Shown piece after piece: positions 1 through 13,060 of a DNA stretch of 64,000 nucleotides (its first letter is position 1; every line of letters begins with the position of its first letter). This DNA comes from Chiloscyllium plagiosum (Eukaryota), in assembly GCF_004010195.1 (NCBI RefSeq), contig NC_057752.1, positions 98,956 through 162,955 of the forward strand. Reading direction: 5' to 3'. The position numbers were made by a program, and so were the translations under genes. A model generated the notes under the pieces. That model was not told the origin of the DNA. It did not search any database and saw only the letters and a program-made list of their open reading frames with translations.

Positions 1-240
1 CTCCAGCCGATCACCCTCACCTTAACCTCCTTCCACCTATCGCATTTCCAACGCCCCTCCCCCAAGTCCCTCCTCCCTACCTTTTATCTTAGCCCACTTG
101 GCACACTTTCCTCATTCCTGAAGGGCTCATGCCCGAAACGTCGATTCTCCTGCTCCTTGGATGCTGCCTGACCTGCTGCGCTTTTCCAGCAACACATTTT
201 CAGCTCTGATCTCTAGCATCTGCAGTCCTCACTTTCTCCT
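1..240 (+). mobile_element. PLE 3' terminal repeat (partial)
   Basis: Near-identical to the arms at 45.5 and 46.7 kb; the hammerhead core has a 3-nt deletion (CCTGAAGGG). Confidence 0.8.
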
Positions 241-1018
241 AATATCAACAAATAGGCAAAAATATCATAATGATGTTAAAAGGCAAGGGCAAGTGCCCAC
301 AGATTTGTCAAGTAGCAGACTGAACAGCAAACGTACTCAAGAGGCAGCTAGATATAGCACTTAGAGTGAGTGGGATCAAAGGTTATGGGGAGAAAGCAGG
401 ATTCAGCTACTGGACAATCAACCGTAATTGCGATGAATGGCAGAGCAGGCTCGAAGGGCCAAATGGCCTTCTTCTATCTTCTATATTTCTATGTTGCTAT
501 GAAAGAAGCCAAGTAAATTAAGACCAGAGCTGTTCTGCTATTTTGCACTGGGAAGGCACATTTCAGTTTCTGTCTCCCTGGTGGTGGTGGTGTGGGGGTG
601 AATGAGCACATTTCAGAAGGATGGAGTTTGGTACAACAGTAAATATGAATTTCAGATAAAAAAATCCAAATAAATAGATTGACAATTTAAATAAGTAACA
701 AATAAAATTACTACTACAAAGTGCAACGCAGTAGAGTCATGCAGCAGCCTGTAATATGTGGTGTGCCAAAGGGATCAATGCCAGGGCCACAATTATTTAC
801 ACTATATGTGAACAACTTGAATGATGGAAGTAAATGTACTATCACTAAGTTTGTGGATGACACAAAAATGGGTGGGAAGGCAAGTGAGCATTTCCAGAGG
901 GATACAGACACATTAATTGAATGTGCAAAAACCTGACAGATGGAATATAGGAAATTAATGCATGGCAAGTATGGAACATGGGAAAATGTGAGGTAATGCA
1001 CTTTAGCAGGAGCTGAAT

Positions 1019-1312
1019 ATTAGATTAGATTAGATTCCCTACAGTGTGGAAACAGGCCCTTTGGCCCAACCAGTCCACACCGACCCTCTGAAGAGTAACC
1101 CACCCAGACACATTTCCCTCTGACTAATGCACCTAACACGTGGGCAATTTAGCATGGCCAATTCACCTGACCTGCACATCTTTGGACTGTGGGAGGAAAC
1201 CCAAGCAGACACTGGGAGAATGTGCAAACTCCACACAGACAGTCACCTCAGGCTGAAATTGAACCTGGGACCCTGGTGCTGTGAGGCAGCATTGCTAGCC
1301 ACCGTGCCACCC
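1019..1312 (-). mobile_element. HE1-type V-SINE
   Basis: Same domains on the minus strand, (TAGAT)n tail. Confidence 0.88.
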
Positions 1313-2171
1313 GTCGTTGAAATACAGAGATACACAGAAAGACTAAAGAAAGCTGCAGCAGAGAGGAAACTAAAAGCTTTAGTGCATAAGTAACAAAAAG
1401 CAAGCATACAAGTTCAGAAGGTAAAGGGAAGACAAACAAAATGCTGGCTTTAATCAGAGGGAATGGAGTATAAAATAGGGTGGTCTTGCCATCTGTGGTT
1501 AACTGAAAAAAGTCAAAGACAGCATCAACCATAAAAAGACATAATTGTCCAAAGATAGGTGGCAGGTCAGGAGACTGGACAGACTTTAAAAACAGCAACT
1601 TACAAAAACACTAATAAAGGAAGGAAAAATTAGAGTATAAAAGAAAGTTAGCCAAAAATATGAAAAGCAGATATGTAGAGTGTCTTCAAATATTTGATAA
1701 AGAAAAGAATTAACAAAGTAACTACAGGTCCTATAGAAAATGAGTCTGTAGAATAAGAAATGGATATTTTTAAGTCACTGGAGGGGATACAAGTAGCATT
1801 CCACAAATAGCTACACATCAGGATTTCAAACTGAGGAAGGAACTCAAGAATATTACAATTACCAGACAAGTAGTATTGAGTAAGTTGTCAGAATGGCAAG
1901 TCCCATGGCCCTGATAAATTTCATCCTAGATTTTTAAAAGAAGTCATCAGTGAGACAGTTGATGAGTTGATTTTAATTTTCCAAACCTCGTTAGATTCAG
2001 GGAAGGTTCTTTTAGATTGGAAAATAGGTAATCTAACTCCTTTATTCAAAGAAGGACGACAGAAAACAGGAAAGGAAAGGCCAATTAATTTAACATTTGT
2101 TACAGAGAACATATTAAAAGCTATTATTCGGGATGTTATAACAGGGCACTTGAATAATTTCAAGGCAGAGC

Positions 2172-5100
2172 CAACATTCAACATTACAGTGCAGTGCATG
2201 CCCTTCAGTCCTTGACGTTGTGCCGACCTGTGGAACCAATGTGAAGCCTATTTATCCTACACTATTCCATTTTCATCTATATGCTTATCCAATGACCATT
2301 TAAATGCCCTTAAAGTTGGCAAGCCTCCTACTTTCGCAGGCAGTGCATTCCACACCCCTACTACTCTGAGTAAAGAAACTCTCTCATTCATCTGTCCTAT
2401 ATCTATCACACCTCAATTTAAAGCTGTATCCCCTCGTGCTAGCCATCACCATCTGAGGAAGAAGGCTCTCACCGTCCACTCTATCTAATCCTCTGATTAT
2501 ATGTCTCAATTAAATCACTTCTCAATTTTCTTCTCTAACAAAACCAGCCTCAAGTCCCTCAGCCTTTCCTCATAAAACCTTCCCTCCATACCAGGCAACA
2601 TCCTGGTAAAGCTCTTCTGCACCATTTCCAAAGCTTCCACACCCTTCCTATAATGCAGTGATCAGAACTGTACGCAATACTCCAAGTGCAATCGCACCAG
2701 AGGTTTGTACAGCTGCAGTATGACCTCACGGCTCCGAAACTCAATTCCTCTACCAATAAAAGCTAACACACCATGTTTCTTCTTAACAACACTATCAACC
2801 TAGGTGGCAACTTTCAGGGATCTATGTACGTGGACACCAAGATCTCTCTGCTCATCCACACTCTTACCATTAACCCAGTACTCTTTATTCCTGTTGCTCC
2901 TTCCAAAGTGAATCATCTCACACTTTTCCACATTAAACTCCATTTGCCAAATCTCAGCCCAGCTCTGCAGCTTATCTATGTCCCTCTGTAACCTGCAACA
3001 TCATTCTGCACTGTCCACAACTCCAACTTTAGTGCCATCCGCAAATTTACAAACCCATTCTTCTATGCCCTCATCTAGGTCATTTATAAAAATGACCAAC
3101 AGCAGTGGACGCAAAACAGATCCTTGTGGTACACTATTAGTAACTGAACTCCCGGATGAATATTTTCCATCAACCATCACCCTCTGTCTTCTTTCAGTCT
3201 TCTTAAATCACCCTCAATCCCATGCCTCCGTAATTTATGCAATAGCCTATCATGGAGCACCTTATCAAACACTTTACTGAAATCCATATCCAGCACATCA
3301 ACTGCTTTACCCTTATCCACCTGTTTGGTCACCATTTCAAAGAACTCGATAAGGTTTGTGAGGCGCGGCCTACCCTTCACAAAACCATGTTAACTATCCC
3401 TAATCAAATTATCCCTTTCGAGATGATTATAAATCCTAACACTTTACTCGCAACCAAAGAAAGGCTCGCTGGTGTATAATTACCAGGGTTGTCTCTACTC
3501 CCTTTCTTGAACAAGGGAACAACATTTGCTATCCTCCAGTCTTTTGGCACTATTCATGTAGACAATGACGACAAAGATCAAAGCCAAAGGCTCTGCAAAC
3601 TCCTCCCTGGCTTCTCAAAAGAATCCTTGGATAAATCCCATCCAGTCCAGGGGACTTATCTATTTTCACACTTTCCAGAATTGCGAACGCCTCCTCCTTG
3701 CGAACATCAATTGCACCTAGTCTAGTAGCCCGTATCTCAGTATTCTCCTCGAAAGCATTGCATTTTTCCAGTGTGAAAACTGACGAAAAATATTCATTTA
3801 GCGCTTCCCCTAACTCCTTGGACTCCATGCACAACTTCCCACTACTATCCTTGATTGGCCCTAAATCTTTCTCTAGTCATTCTTTTATTCCTGATGTACC
3901 GTGGGCGGCACGGTGGCACAGTGGTTAGCACTGCTGCCTCACAGCGCTGGAGACCCGGGTTCATTTCCCGCCTCAGGCGACTGACTGTGTGGAGTTTGCA
4001 CGTTCTCCCCGTGTCTGCGTGGGTTTCCTTCGGGTGCTCCGGTTTCCTCCCACAGTCCAAAGATGTGCAGGTCAGGTGAATTGGCCATGCTAAATTGCCC
4101 GTAGTGTTAGGTAAAGGGGTAAATGTAGGAATGGGTGGGTTGCGCTTCGGCAGGTCGGTGTGGACTTGTTGGGCCGAAGGGCCTGTTTCCACACTGTAAT
4201 GTAATGTAATCTAATCTAATCTACCTATAGAAAGTTTTAGGGTTTTCCTTGATCCTACCTGCTAAAGACTTCTCACGTCCCCTCCCAGCTCTTCTTAGCT
4301 CTCTCTTTAGGTCTTTCCTGGCTAATTTGTAACTCTCAAGCACCCTAACTGAGCCTTCACATCTCACCCTAACATAAGCCGCCTTCTTCCTCTTGACAAG
4401 ACATTCAACTTCTTTAGTAATCCACAGCTCCCTTGCTTGACCACTTCCTCCCTGCCTGACAGGTACGTACTTATCAAGCAGTAGCTATTCCTTGAATAAG
4501 CTCATTTCAATTGTGCTCATCCCCCACAGTTTCCTTCCCCATCCTATGCATCCTAAATCTCACCTAATCGCATCATAATTGTCTTTCTCCCAGCAATAAC
4601 CCTTGTCCTGCAGTACATACCTATCCCTTTCCATCACTAAAGTAAATGTAATTGAATTGCGGTCACTATCACCAAAGTGCTTACTTACCTCCAAATCTAA
4701 CACCTGGCCTGGTTCATCATCCAGTATCAAATCCAATGTGGCCTCGCCCCTTGTTGGCTTATCTATATACTATGTCAGGAAGTCATTTTGCACACATTGG
4801 ACAAAAATTGACCCATCTAAAGTACTTGAACTATAGTATTTCCAATCAATATTTGCAAAGTTAAAGTCCCCCATAACAACTACCCTGTTACTCTCGCTCC
4901 TATCCAGAATTATCTTTGCCATCCTTTCCTCTACATCTCTGGACCTATAGAAAACTCCCAACAGGGTGACCTCTCCTTTCCTGTTTCTAACCTCAGCCCG
5001 TACTACCTCAATAGTAGAGTCCTCAAACGCCCTTTCTGCCACCATAATGCTGTCCTTGACGAACAATGCCACACCTCCCCCTCTTTTACCATCTTCTCTG

Positions 5101-5288
5101 TTCTTACTGAAACATCTAATTCCCAGAACCTGCAACAACCATTCCTGTCCCTGCTCTATCCATGTCTCCGAAATGGCCACAACATCGAAGTCCCAGGTAC
5201 CAACTCATGCTGCAAGTTCACCCACCTTATTCCAGATGGTCCTGGTGTTGAAGTAGACACACTTCAAACCACCTTCCCGCTTGCCAGT
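2172..5288 (-). mobile_element. CR1 LINE ORF2 remnant (5'-truncated), nested in an older plus-strand CR1 and interrupted by a SINE
   Basis: Minus-strand fragments AISETW..GGGVAL..GDFNF (4770-5180), KSPGLDGIYPRIL, LTNLIEFFE. The older CR1 stops at ~2170 and resumes at ~5300 (KSCLTNLLELFE). Confidence 0.9.
3903..4221 (+). mobile_element. HE1-type tRNA-derived V-SINE, young full-length copy
   Basis: A box TGGCACAGTGG, B box GGTTCATTTCC, V-domain TGTGTGGAGTTTGCACGTTCTCCCCGTGTCTGCGTGGGTTTCC, (AATCT)n tail; CpGs retained. Confidence 0.9.
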
Positions 5289-6406
5289 AAAAACATGCAA
5301 GAGAAATCATGCTTAACTAATTTATTGGAGCTCTTTGAAGTAGTAACTTCTGCAGTAGATAGAGAGGAACAAGTGGATGCATTGTGTTTAGATTAAGTTA
5401 GTGGTGAAAATAAAAACTCAATGTTGGGGCTGACATACTATCCTGGATAGAAGGTTGGCTAGTTAACAGGAAGCAGAAAGAAAAAATAAGTGGTCTTTTT
5501 CAGGCTAGCAGGATGTCATGAATGATGTGCCACAGGGATTGGTACTGGGGTGTCAACTTTTACAATTTACATAAATTATTTGGATGAAGGGACTGAAGGT
5601 ATGGTAGCTAAATTTGGTTATAACACAAGGTTAGGCAGAAATGTGAGCTGTGAAGAGGACATAAAAAGCCTACCAACGGACATAGATAGGTTAAGTGAGT
5701 GGGTAAAGATCTAGCAAATGCAGTACAATGTGGGAAAGTGTGAACTTGTTTATTTGGCAGAAAGACTTTAAAAAATTATCTAAATGGTGAAAGGTCACAA
5801 AGCTTTGAGATGCAGAGATCTGGATATCCAAGTGTATGAATCACAAACAGTTCGTACTGTACGTGGGTACAACAAGTAATCAGGAAAGGTAATAGAATGT
5901 TACATTGTATTGTAAGAGGGACTGAAATGTCAGAGTAGGGAGGTTATGCTTTAGTTATCCAGGGCATTGGCGAGACCGCATCTGGAGCGGTGTACAATAC
6001 TGGTCACTGTACTTACAGAAGGATGCTAATTCATTGGAAACAGTTCCAAGAAGGTTTATTGGACTAATACTTGGAATAAGTGGATTGCCTTATCAGGAAA
6101 GGTTCAGCAGGTTTGGTCTTGGCCTTATCCTCTGAAGTTTAGAAGAGTCAGAGTTGACTTAAACGAAACATGCAAGAGTCTGAGGGGACTTGATTGGGTG
6201 ATGCGGAAAGAATGTTTCCTCTTGTTGGAGATTTAGAACTAGGGGTCTTGTCTAAAAATAAGTGGGTGATCCATTTAAAGCAGAAATGGAAACAATTTAT
6301 TCCACTCACACAGGGATGTCTCTTTAAAAGTCCCTTCCTCAAAAAAAAATAAGATTTAAGCATCCATTGTCTTAAGGCAGAATTAGATCCTTCAACAAAA
6401 ACTTAT

Positions 6407-6803
6407 CTGATCCGAGTTTCACCTCAACTTTGCATTCCTGCATATTCCCAGTAATCTTTCATCCCCTTGGTAGTCAATGACTTATCTAAATTAAAACAAA
6501 GAACTGCATTTGCTGAAGTTCTGAAACAAAAACAGAAATTCTGGGAGAAGCTCAGCTGGTCTGGCAGTATCTGGGGACAGAAAGCTGAGTTAGCGTTTTA
6601 AGTCCTGCGACCCTTCTTCAGAATCTTCTTGCTCTCTTCAAATGCTGCCAGACCTGCTGAATTTCTCCAGGAATTTCTGTTTTCTTTCAGATCTCCAGCA
6701 AACGCAGTCCTTTGTTTTATTTAGATAAATCAATGACTACCAAGGGGATGAAAGATTACTGGGAATATGCAGGAATGCAGAGTTGAGGTGAAACTCAGAT
6801 CAG
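6407..6803. repeat. ~400-bp imperfect palindrome (PLE core plus CR1-derived outer arms)
   Basis: 6407-6490 is the reverse complement of 6720-6803 (4 mismatches in 84 bp by eye); inner arms are PLE terminal repeats. Confidence 0.88.
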
Positions 6804-7059
6804 CCACAATCTTATTGACTGGTGGAGCAGATTAAATGGGCCAAGTGGCCTACTTTTGTTACTACTTTGTATGTTCGTAAGACCTAGTCAGACCATTCCC
6901 AGAATACTATGAAGAGTTTTAGCCCCCTTATCTAAGGAAATATACACGAGCATTGGAGGTAGTTCAGACAAGGTTCATTTGCTTGATCCTGGGTATGGAT
7001 GGATTTTCTGAGGCAAGGCTGACAAGGTTGGGCCTGTATTCATAGGAATTTAGAAGAAT

Positions 7060-8908
7060 CCTTCAAGTAGGAGTATATTCAAGAGTGAAATCAGGAGGGC
7101 AAAAACAGGACATGAGAAAGCAGTGGCAAAGAGGGTTAAGGAAAATCCCAAGGAGATTCTACTAATACATTAAGGGCAAAAGAGTAACTTGGGAGAGAAT
7201 TGGCCCCTTAAAGCAATTAGGCTATGTATGGAACTGCAGGAGGTAGGTGAGATACTAAACTAGTATTGCGCATCAGTATTTACTGTGGAGAAGGATGTAG
7301 AAAGCTAGAGAACTTGGAGAAATAAATAGTGATACTGTACCCGAAAAAGTGTCCATATTACAGAGGTAGTGGTGCCAGACGTCTTAAAACACATCAAGGC
7401 AGATAATCCCTGAGACCTGATCAGGGGAATCCGAGAACTTTGTGGGAAGCTAAGGACGAGTATGCTGGGTCCCTTGCTAAGGTAGTTGCATCATCGATAG
7501 CCACCGGGGAGGTGCCAGAAGAGTGGAGGGTTACTAATGTGGTGCAATTATTTAAAGAAAGGTGGTAAGGAAAAGCCAGGGAACTGTAGACCAGTGAGTC
7601 TGACATCAGTGGTGGTAAGTTGTTGGAGGGAATTTTGAGGGACAGGATTTAGATGCATTTGGAAAGGCAAGGACTGATTAGGAATAGTCAACATGGCCGT
7701 GTGTGGGGGAAATTGTGTCTCTTTAATTTAATTGAGTTTTTTTGAGTGACAAAGAAGATCGAGGACAGAGTGGTAGACATGGAACTTAAGACGTTCAACG
7801 AGATTCTGCATGGTAGGCTGGTTAGATCAAATGGTATCAGGGGAGCTAAATAATTGGTTACAAAACTGGCTTGAAAGAAGGAGACAAAGGGTGGTGGAAG
7901 GTCATTTTTCGGACTGGAGGCTTGTGACCAGTGGTGTGCCACAAGGATCAGTGCTGGGTCCACTGCTTCTTTGTCATTTATATAAATGATTCAGATGTGA
8001 ACATAGGAATGGCTAGTAAGTTTGCATATGACACCAAAACTGGTAGTGTAGTGGACAGTGAAGGTGGTTACCTCAGAGTACAATGGGATCAAATGGGCCA
8101 ATGGGCTGATGAATGGCAGATGAAATTTAATTTAGATAAATGGGAGATGTTTCATTTTAAGGTAAATCAAGGCAGGACTTATACACTTAATGGCAGAGTC
8201 CTGGGCAGTGTTGCCAAAGAGACCTTGGGTGCAGGTTCATAGTTCCTTGAAGTCCTTGGTGTCGCAGGTAGACAGGATAGTGAAGGCGGCATTTGGTACA
8301 CTTGCCATTATTGGTCAGTGCATTGAGTATAGGAGTTGGAAGGTCATGTTACGGCTCTACAGAACATTAGTTAGGCTACATTTGGAATACCGCATTCAAT
8401 CCTAGTCTCCCTGCTATAGGAAGGATATTATTAAACTTGAAAGAGTTCAGAAAAGATTTACAAGGATGTTGTCAAAGTTGGATGATTCGAGCTATAGGGA
8501 GAGGCTGAATAGACTGGGGCTATTTTCCCTGGAGCATTGAATGACCTTATAGATATTTATAAAATCATGAGGGGTGCGGAGAGGGTGAATAGCCCAGGGT
8601 AAGGGAGTCCAAAACTAGAGGGCATAGGTTTAGGGTGAGAGGGGAAAAGTTTGAAAGGGACCTGAAGGGCAACTTTTTCACACAGAAGGTGGTGAGTGTA
8701 TGGAATGAACTGCCACAGAAAGTGGTGGAGACGGGTACAATGACAACATTTAAAAGGCATCTGGATGGGTATATATAAATAGGAAAGGTTTAGAGGGATA
8801 TGGACCAGATGTTGACAAATGGGACTAGATTAATTTAGGATATCCGGTCAGCATGGGAGTGTTGGACTAAAGGGTCTGTTTCCATGCTGCACAACTTGAT
8901 GACTCTGA
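7060..8908 (+). mobile_element. CR1 LINE 3' fragment (RT and 3'UTR)
   Basis: VIYINDSD..KFAYDTK..WQMKFNLDK; similar to 61.6-63.4 kb; ends in a TGACTCT-type tail. Confidence 0.9.
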
Positions 8909-8997
8909 TGCTCCTAAATTTAGCATCAGTTCATATCAGTAGGACCATTGTGAATAAAAATTAGTTAACCTTTTAAAAACATGCCATTTGATATCTT

Positions 8998-9220
8998 TAT
9001 GGTGCTGGAAAAGCACAGCCAGTCAGGCAGCATCCAATGACCAGCAGAATCGATGTTTCGAGCGTAAGCTCTTCATCAGGAATGAGCTCATTCTTGACGA
9101 AGGGCTTATGCCTGTAACGTCAATGCTCCTGCTCCTCAGACGCTGCCTGACCGACTATGCTTTTCCAGCACCATACTCTTCAATTCATCTCCAGCATCAG
9201 CAGTCCTCACTTTCTGCTAT
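8998..9220. mobile_element. Fold-back PLE terminal-repeat insertion (89-bp arms, no spacer)
   Basis: 8998-9086 is the diverged reverse complement of 9087-9175; centre AATGAG|CTCATT. Confidence 0.85.
9048..9083 (-). ncRNA. Minimal hammerhead motif (family A, compensated stem II)
   Basis: Minus strand CTGATGA A GAGC-TTAC-GCTC GAAA CA TC GATT. Confidence 0.6.
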
Positions 9221-9636
9221 TCAATTTCTTTAGTTTGCTTTTACGCTTTGACATTAATATAGCAATAAATATCAATACAGTATGGATTTTTTGAAGATTG
9301 TTGGAAAGAGAGCCATGTTGCCAAGGCTCTTCACCTTTCATTCATCAAGACAAACACAAGAAAGCAAAATTTTTTTAAAAATCACCGTAACTTGTACTAT
9401 GGGAGAGTAGATGCTGATTGGTTGGCACGTCATGGCTAAGCATGCATAATTTCTTTCACTCTTAGGATGTTGCGGTCGGTACAAAAAGACATTCTGCATA
9501 TCTCACAATTGAACAATTTAGTGTACGAATTCCACTGCAAGTGAAATGCCAGATATGTAGGCTGCAGCCCCAGCAATCGGCTAATCAAATCGAAAGCATG
9601 CCCCTTTGGCTCTATGTAACAGGCAGAGAACAGACT

Positions 9637-9846
9637 CTCCTCCCTGACCTATCACCTTCATCCCCTCCCCCACTCACCCATTGTACTCTATGCTACTTTC
9701 TCCCCACCCCCACCCTCCTCTAGCTTATCTCTCCACGCTTCAGGCTCACTGCCTTTATTCCTGATGAAGGGCTTTTGCCCGAAACGTCGATTTCGAAGCT
9801 CCTTGGATGCTGCCTGAACTGCTGTGCTCTTCCAGCACCACTAATC
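9637..9846 (+). mobile_element. Young PLE terminal-repeat insertion with 13-bp TSD
   Basis: Flanked by CAGAGAACAGACT at 9624-9636 and 9847-9859; contains an intact hammerhead core. Confidence 0.85.
9757..9792 (+). ncRNA. Minimal type-I hammerhead ribozyme motif (PLE family A)
   Basis: ATTC CTGATGA A GGGC-TTTT-GCCC GAAA CG TC GATT: intact core, stem II and palindromic ACGT in place of stem III. Confidence 0.75.
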
Positions 9847-10334
9847 CAGAGAACAGACTGTACTCTACCAGGCCACACTGGCAAAATCCAAAAGACAAAT
9901 TCCTCAATCGGGCAGCATTTGCTGAACAATCCAAATGTATTCTGATAGCTGCATTCACAATCAATTTAAGATAATCAGTTGAGTTCATAATGTGGCTCAT
10001 TTACACTTGCTAGAGGCAAAACACACAGCAAACACTCTACAAACAAAAGGTGTATGGTTAAGCCTTGCACCTTGATTGAATCACCTAAGAGCTTGGGAAG
10101 CCTACAGCTCCTGGTTCCTTTTTCCATGGCAATGACTCATCCAATTAGAATCGATTTGGCAGCCAATCAGCACCATTTCCTCCTTTCATGTGAGTTGTAA
10201 TTGTCTGAAATTTGGCATTCTTGTGCATGTCCTGATGACTGCAAGTTGAAAAGTTTTAATAATGTGTCTCTCTAATCAGCAATATTCAAGTACTGTACTA
10301 CCAAGCGACTGTTATTATGATCTTTGAGTCAGAC

Positions 10335-10454
10335 CTTTCGGTATTTCTTTGGCACCATGTACAGATGAGGCTCTTCCTCCCTTCCAATAGGAGACTCGGG
10401 GATTTGATTGTAGCTGTCAAATTCTGCATCCATCTCCTTCAATTTATATGGAAC
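10335..10454 (-). CDS. PAN2: PAN2 coding exon 8; gene continues beyond the window's left edge
   Basis: VPYKLKEMDAEFDSYNQIPESPIGREEEPHLYMVPKKYRK; acceptor CTGTTTGTAG, donor AAG|GTCTGA; 120 nt. The expected next exon (VTIKYSKLG...) was not seen in 1-10334. Confidence 0.94.
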
Positions 10455-11739
10455 CTACAAACAGGTAACTTACTTCAACAAATAATAAGTCATTCTAAAA
10501 AGCAGTGAACTCCACTAATGGTCTAATGAGTAACAGTGATCCCAGTGTACAACCGAAGCTGGACCACATGGAACAGAATAGATCAACTCCAGCAGCAACT
10601 CCTGGCTGAGCTGAGTTAGCCGAGCTCAGCTTGGACAGCTGTAACGAGAAGCACGACAATTAATATCTACCAAGAAAAGGAAGGATAAAAATTAAAATTA
10701 GGATTAATAATGCAGCGACCTCTGCCACAAAGTATATTGTGCAGAACCAGGCATTGCCATTATGCTTCTGTGGTCAAATAACTTTCCAACCTTCACTGTC
10801 AAGCTGCATCCATGAAGACTGGCCACTTGGGAGCAGTATCAGTGGGTTGCTGGTTCCCACAGAGCCACAAAATTCGAGCTTTCGGAAAATTCACAAAGAG
10901 TGATAAAATTTTAAGTGCTACCTCTAATTTTCAACACCAAGCAGAGTTCTGGATTTTGTTTGCAAATTTAAAAGCTGCACTGTTTTCAACAGCAAACATT
11001 GGTTTTGTTTGTACCAATTAGGATGTGCCATAAGCTTTGCACTTGATTCCCTTTGTGGCAAACTGGTCTATTTCATTCAAATGCACCAGCAAATGTTTAG
11101 GAATTCAAAACAAGTTGAATTGGACTTTCCCCAGTTTCTGCTAGAAGGTTACAAGAGGTTATAGAATGGTATGTTATGAAATGTATAGTGGCACTCAAAC
11201 TCAGAGTAATTGCAGAGTTCCCATCTCAGCCTGACCAGAAGTTTGTGGCTTCCTTGCAGGGAAATTCATAGATTGCTGCCTTTGTTCATCTGTCACAACT
11301 TGTAACTCCATAATATCTTTGACTAGAAGTCCGTGATCAGGTGGTCTGCCCATCAATACAGCTTCTGAACAAAATGGAAAAGATCCAGAAAAGGAGAGAA
11401 AGCATAATTTATTAGGGCAATACTTCTCATACTGTTTTCCAGCATGACCCCAGATGCTGGCAAAAAACAAATTAGCAACAAAGCAGCACATTAACAGTAT
11501 ATAATTAAAATTTGTGTCTTATAAATTAACATAAAAGATGTAATGTATTTTTTTTAAAGTATTTTATTTTAAAAATTATCTTCTCAAGCCCAATGACAAC
11601 ACACAGAGTAACTAGTCTTTTTTACCCCCACAACACACATCACAGGAAGTAGACATTTCCCCCATACATATACAAGCTGTAATCTTTTCAATCACTCACC
11701 ACTCCCCGCATGGTCGCCAGCTAACATTCCCCGACCCTT

Positions 11740-13060
11740 ACCAATTCCTCACTGCACCTGAATGTTAGTCTTCAGTGAATAATTGACAAGAACACCCAAG
11801 TCCCTCTGTATAGCTACACTTGCTAACCTCTCACCACTCAAGAAAAGGTTTACCTTTTCTTTGTACCAAAGTGGATAACCTCTCAAACTATGTTCCTGTC
11901 AAATCAGTAAGCCTGTCCAAATCCTCCAAACACATTACTCACAGCACATGTCCCTACATGGCTGTGTATACTCTGCAAATTTGGAAATATTATATTTGGT
12001 CCTCACATTCAAATCAATGAAAAGAATTGTGAACATCTGGGGCCCAAGCACTGATCCTTGCATTACCCTACTAGTCAATCCTCCAATGTGAAAACAGTCT
12101 GTTTATTGCTACTGTTTTCTGTTTGTTAGCCAATCCTTAATCAGTGTCGGTACATTAGCTTCTGTACCATGTGCTTTAATTTTGTTAACCAACCTCCTAT
12201 TGGGGACTTTATCAAAAGATTTCTGAAAATCCTAGTATGGTAAACTCCCTGATATCAAGCACACGCAGATAACAGAATACCGGATAATGGAGACTTTGCT
12301 CTATACTACATCTATCAACTCCCCTTTATCAATTTTGTTAGTAACAGCCTCATAAAACTCAAAATTTATCAAACACTATTATCCATTCAGAATCCACATT
12401 GGTATCATGATCTGATTGGGCAAAGTGTCCACTTAACATGTCGTTTATGATGGAGTACAGCTTTTCCCTACTACTGATGGTCAATAGTTTCTTGTTTTAT
12501 CCCTTGATCCTTTCTTAAATAATGGGTGACATTTGCAAGCTTTCAGTGTGCAGGAATCATTACAGAATCTCTGGAATTATTTTCTGAAAGTTATCATCAA
12601 TGCATTAATTATCTCTAAAACCCCTTCCTTCAACACTCTGATCAGGTCACAGGAACATAAATTTCTGCCCCATTAATTTCTCCAGGACTACCTTCTTAAC
12701 AATATTAATTTCCATTTAACTCCTCATTCTCCCATTTGACTCTGCAGTCCCCTGAGGAACCGTCACCATCATTTCTTTCTAAAATAGAATACTGACAGAC
12801 AAACAATATTCTCAGGGACACCTGCACAACCTACCTGGTTTTTTAGACTGTCTGTTAATCACCCATTCCTTTTCTGCCTGTACACTTCTATTCTACAGTG
12901 CAAACACGTCCCTACACATGCAATCCATGTGCTCCTCTGAGTGACTTCAACTGCTGCTCAAGTTCCGAAAGCCAGAACTCAAGTTTATGTAGCTGTTAAC
13001 ATTTTCCGAAGATGTATTGTCTGAGACATATGTTCTGTCCATGATGTCACACGCACTGCA
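11740..13060 (-). mobile_element. Highly degraded CR1 fragments
   Basis: Minus-strand remnants of the QGSVLGP and DFQKxFDKVP coding motifs. Confidence 0.6.

Larger units (their letters stand above)
700..6400 (+). mobile_element. Old degraded CR1 fragments (700-1018, 1315-2170, 5290-6400)
   Basis: GVPKGSMPGPQLFTLYVNNL..KFVDDTK (721-936); DWKIGNLTPLFKEG (1967-2215); RT-like decayed sequence after 5300. Confidence 0.75.
9298..10285 (+). mobile_element. Old Penelope-like element: GIY-YIG endonuclease remnant between inverted terminal repeats
   Basis: 9485-9565 reads KDILHISQLNNLVYEFHCK*NARYVGC; from 9901 SSIGQHLLNNP..NQFKIIS*VHNVAHLHLLEA. 9300-9428 is an inverted degenerate match to 10157-10280. 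Confidence 0.75.

Noticed and set aside
3903..3975. tRNA gene
   Set aside because: The A/B boxes are the tRNA-derived head of a SINE and run directly into the V-domain.
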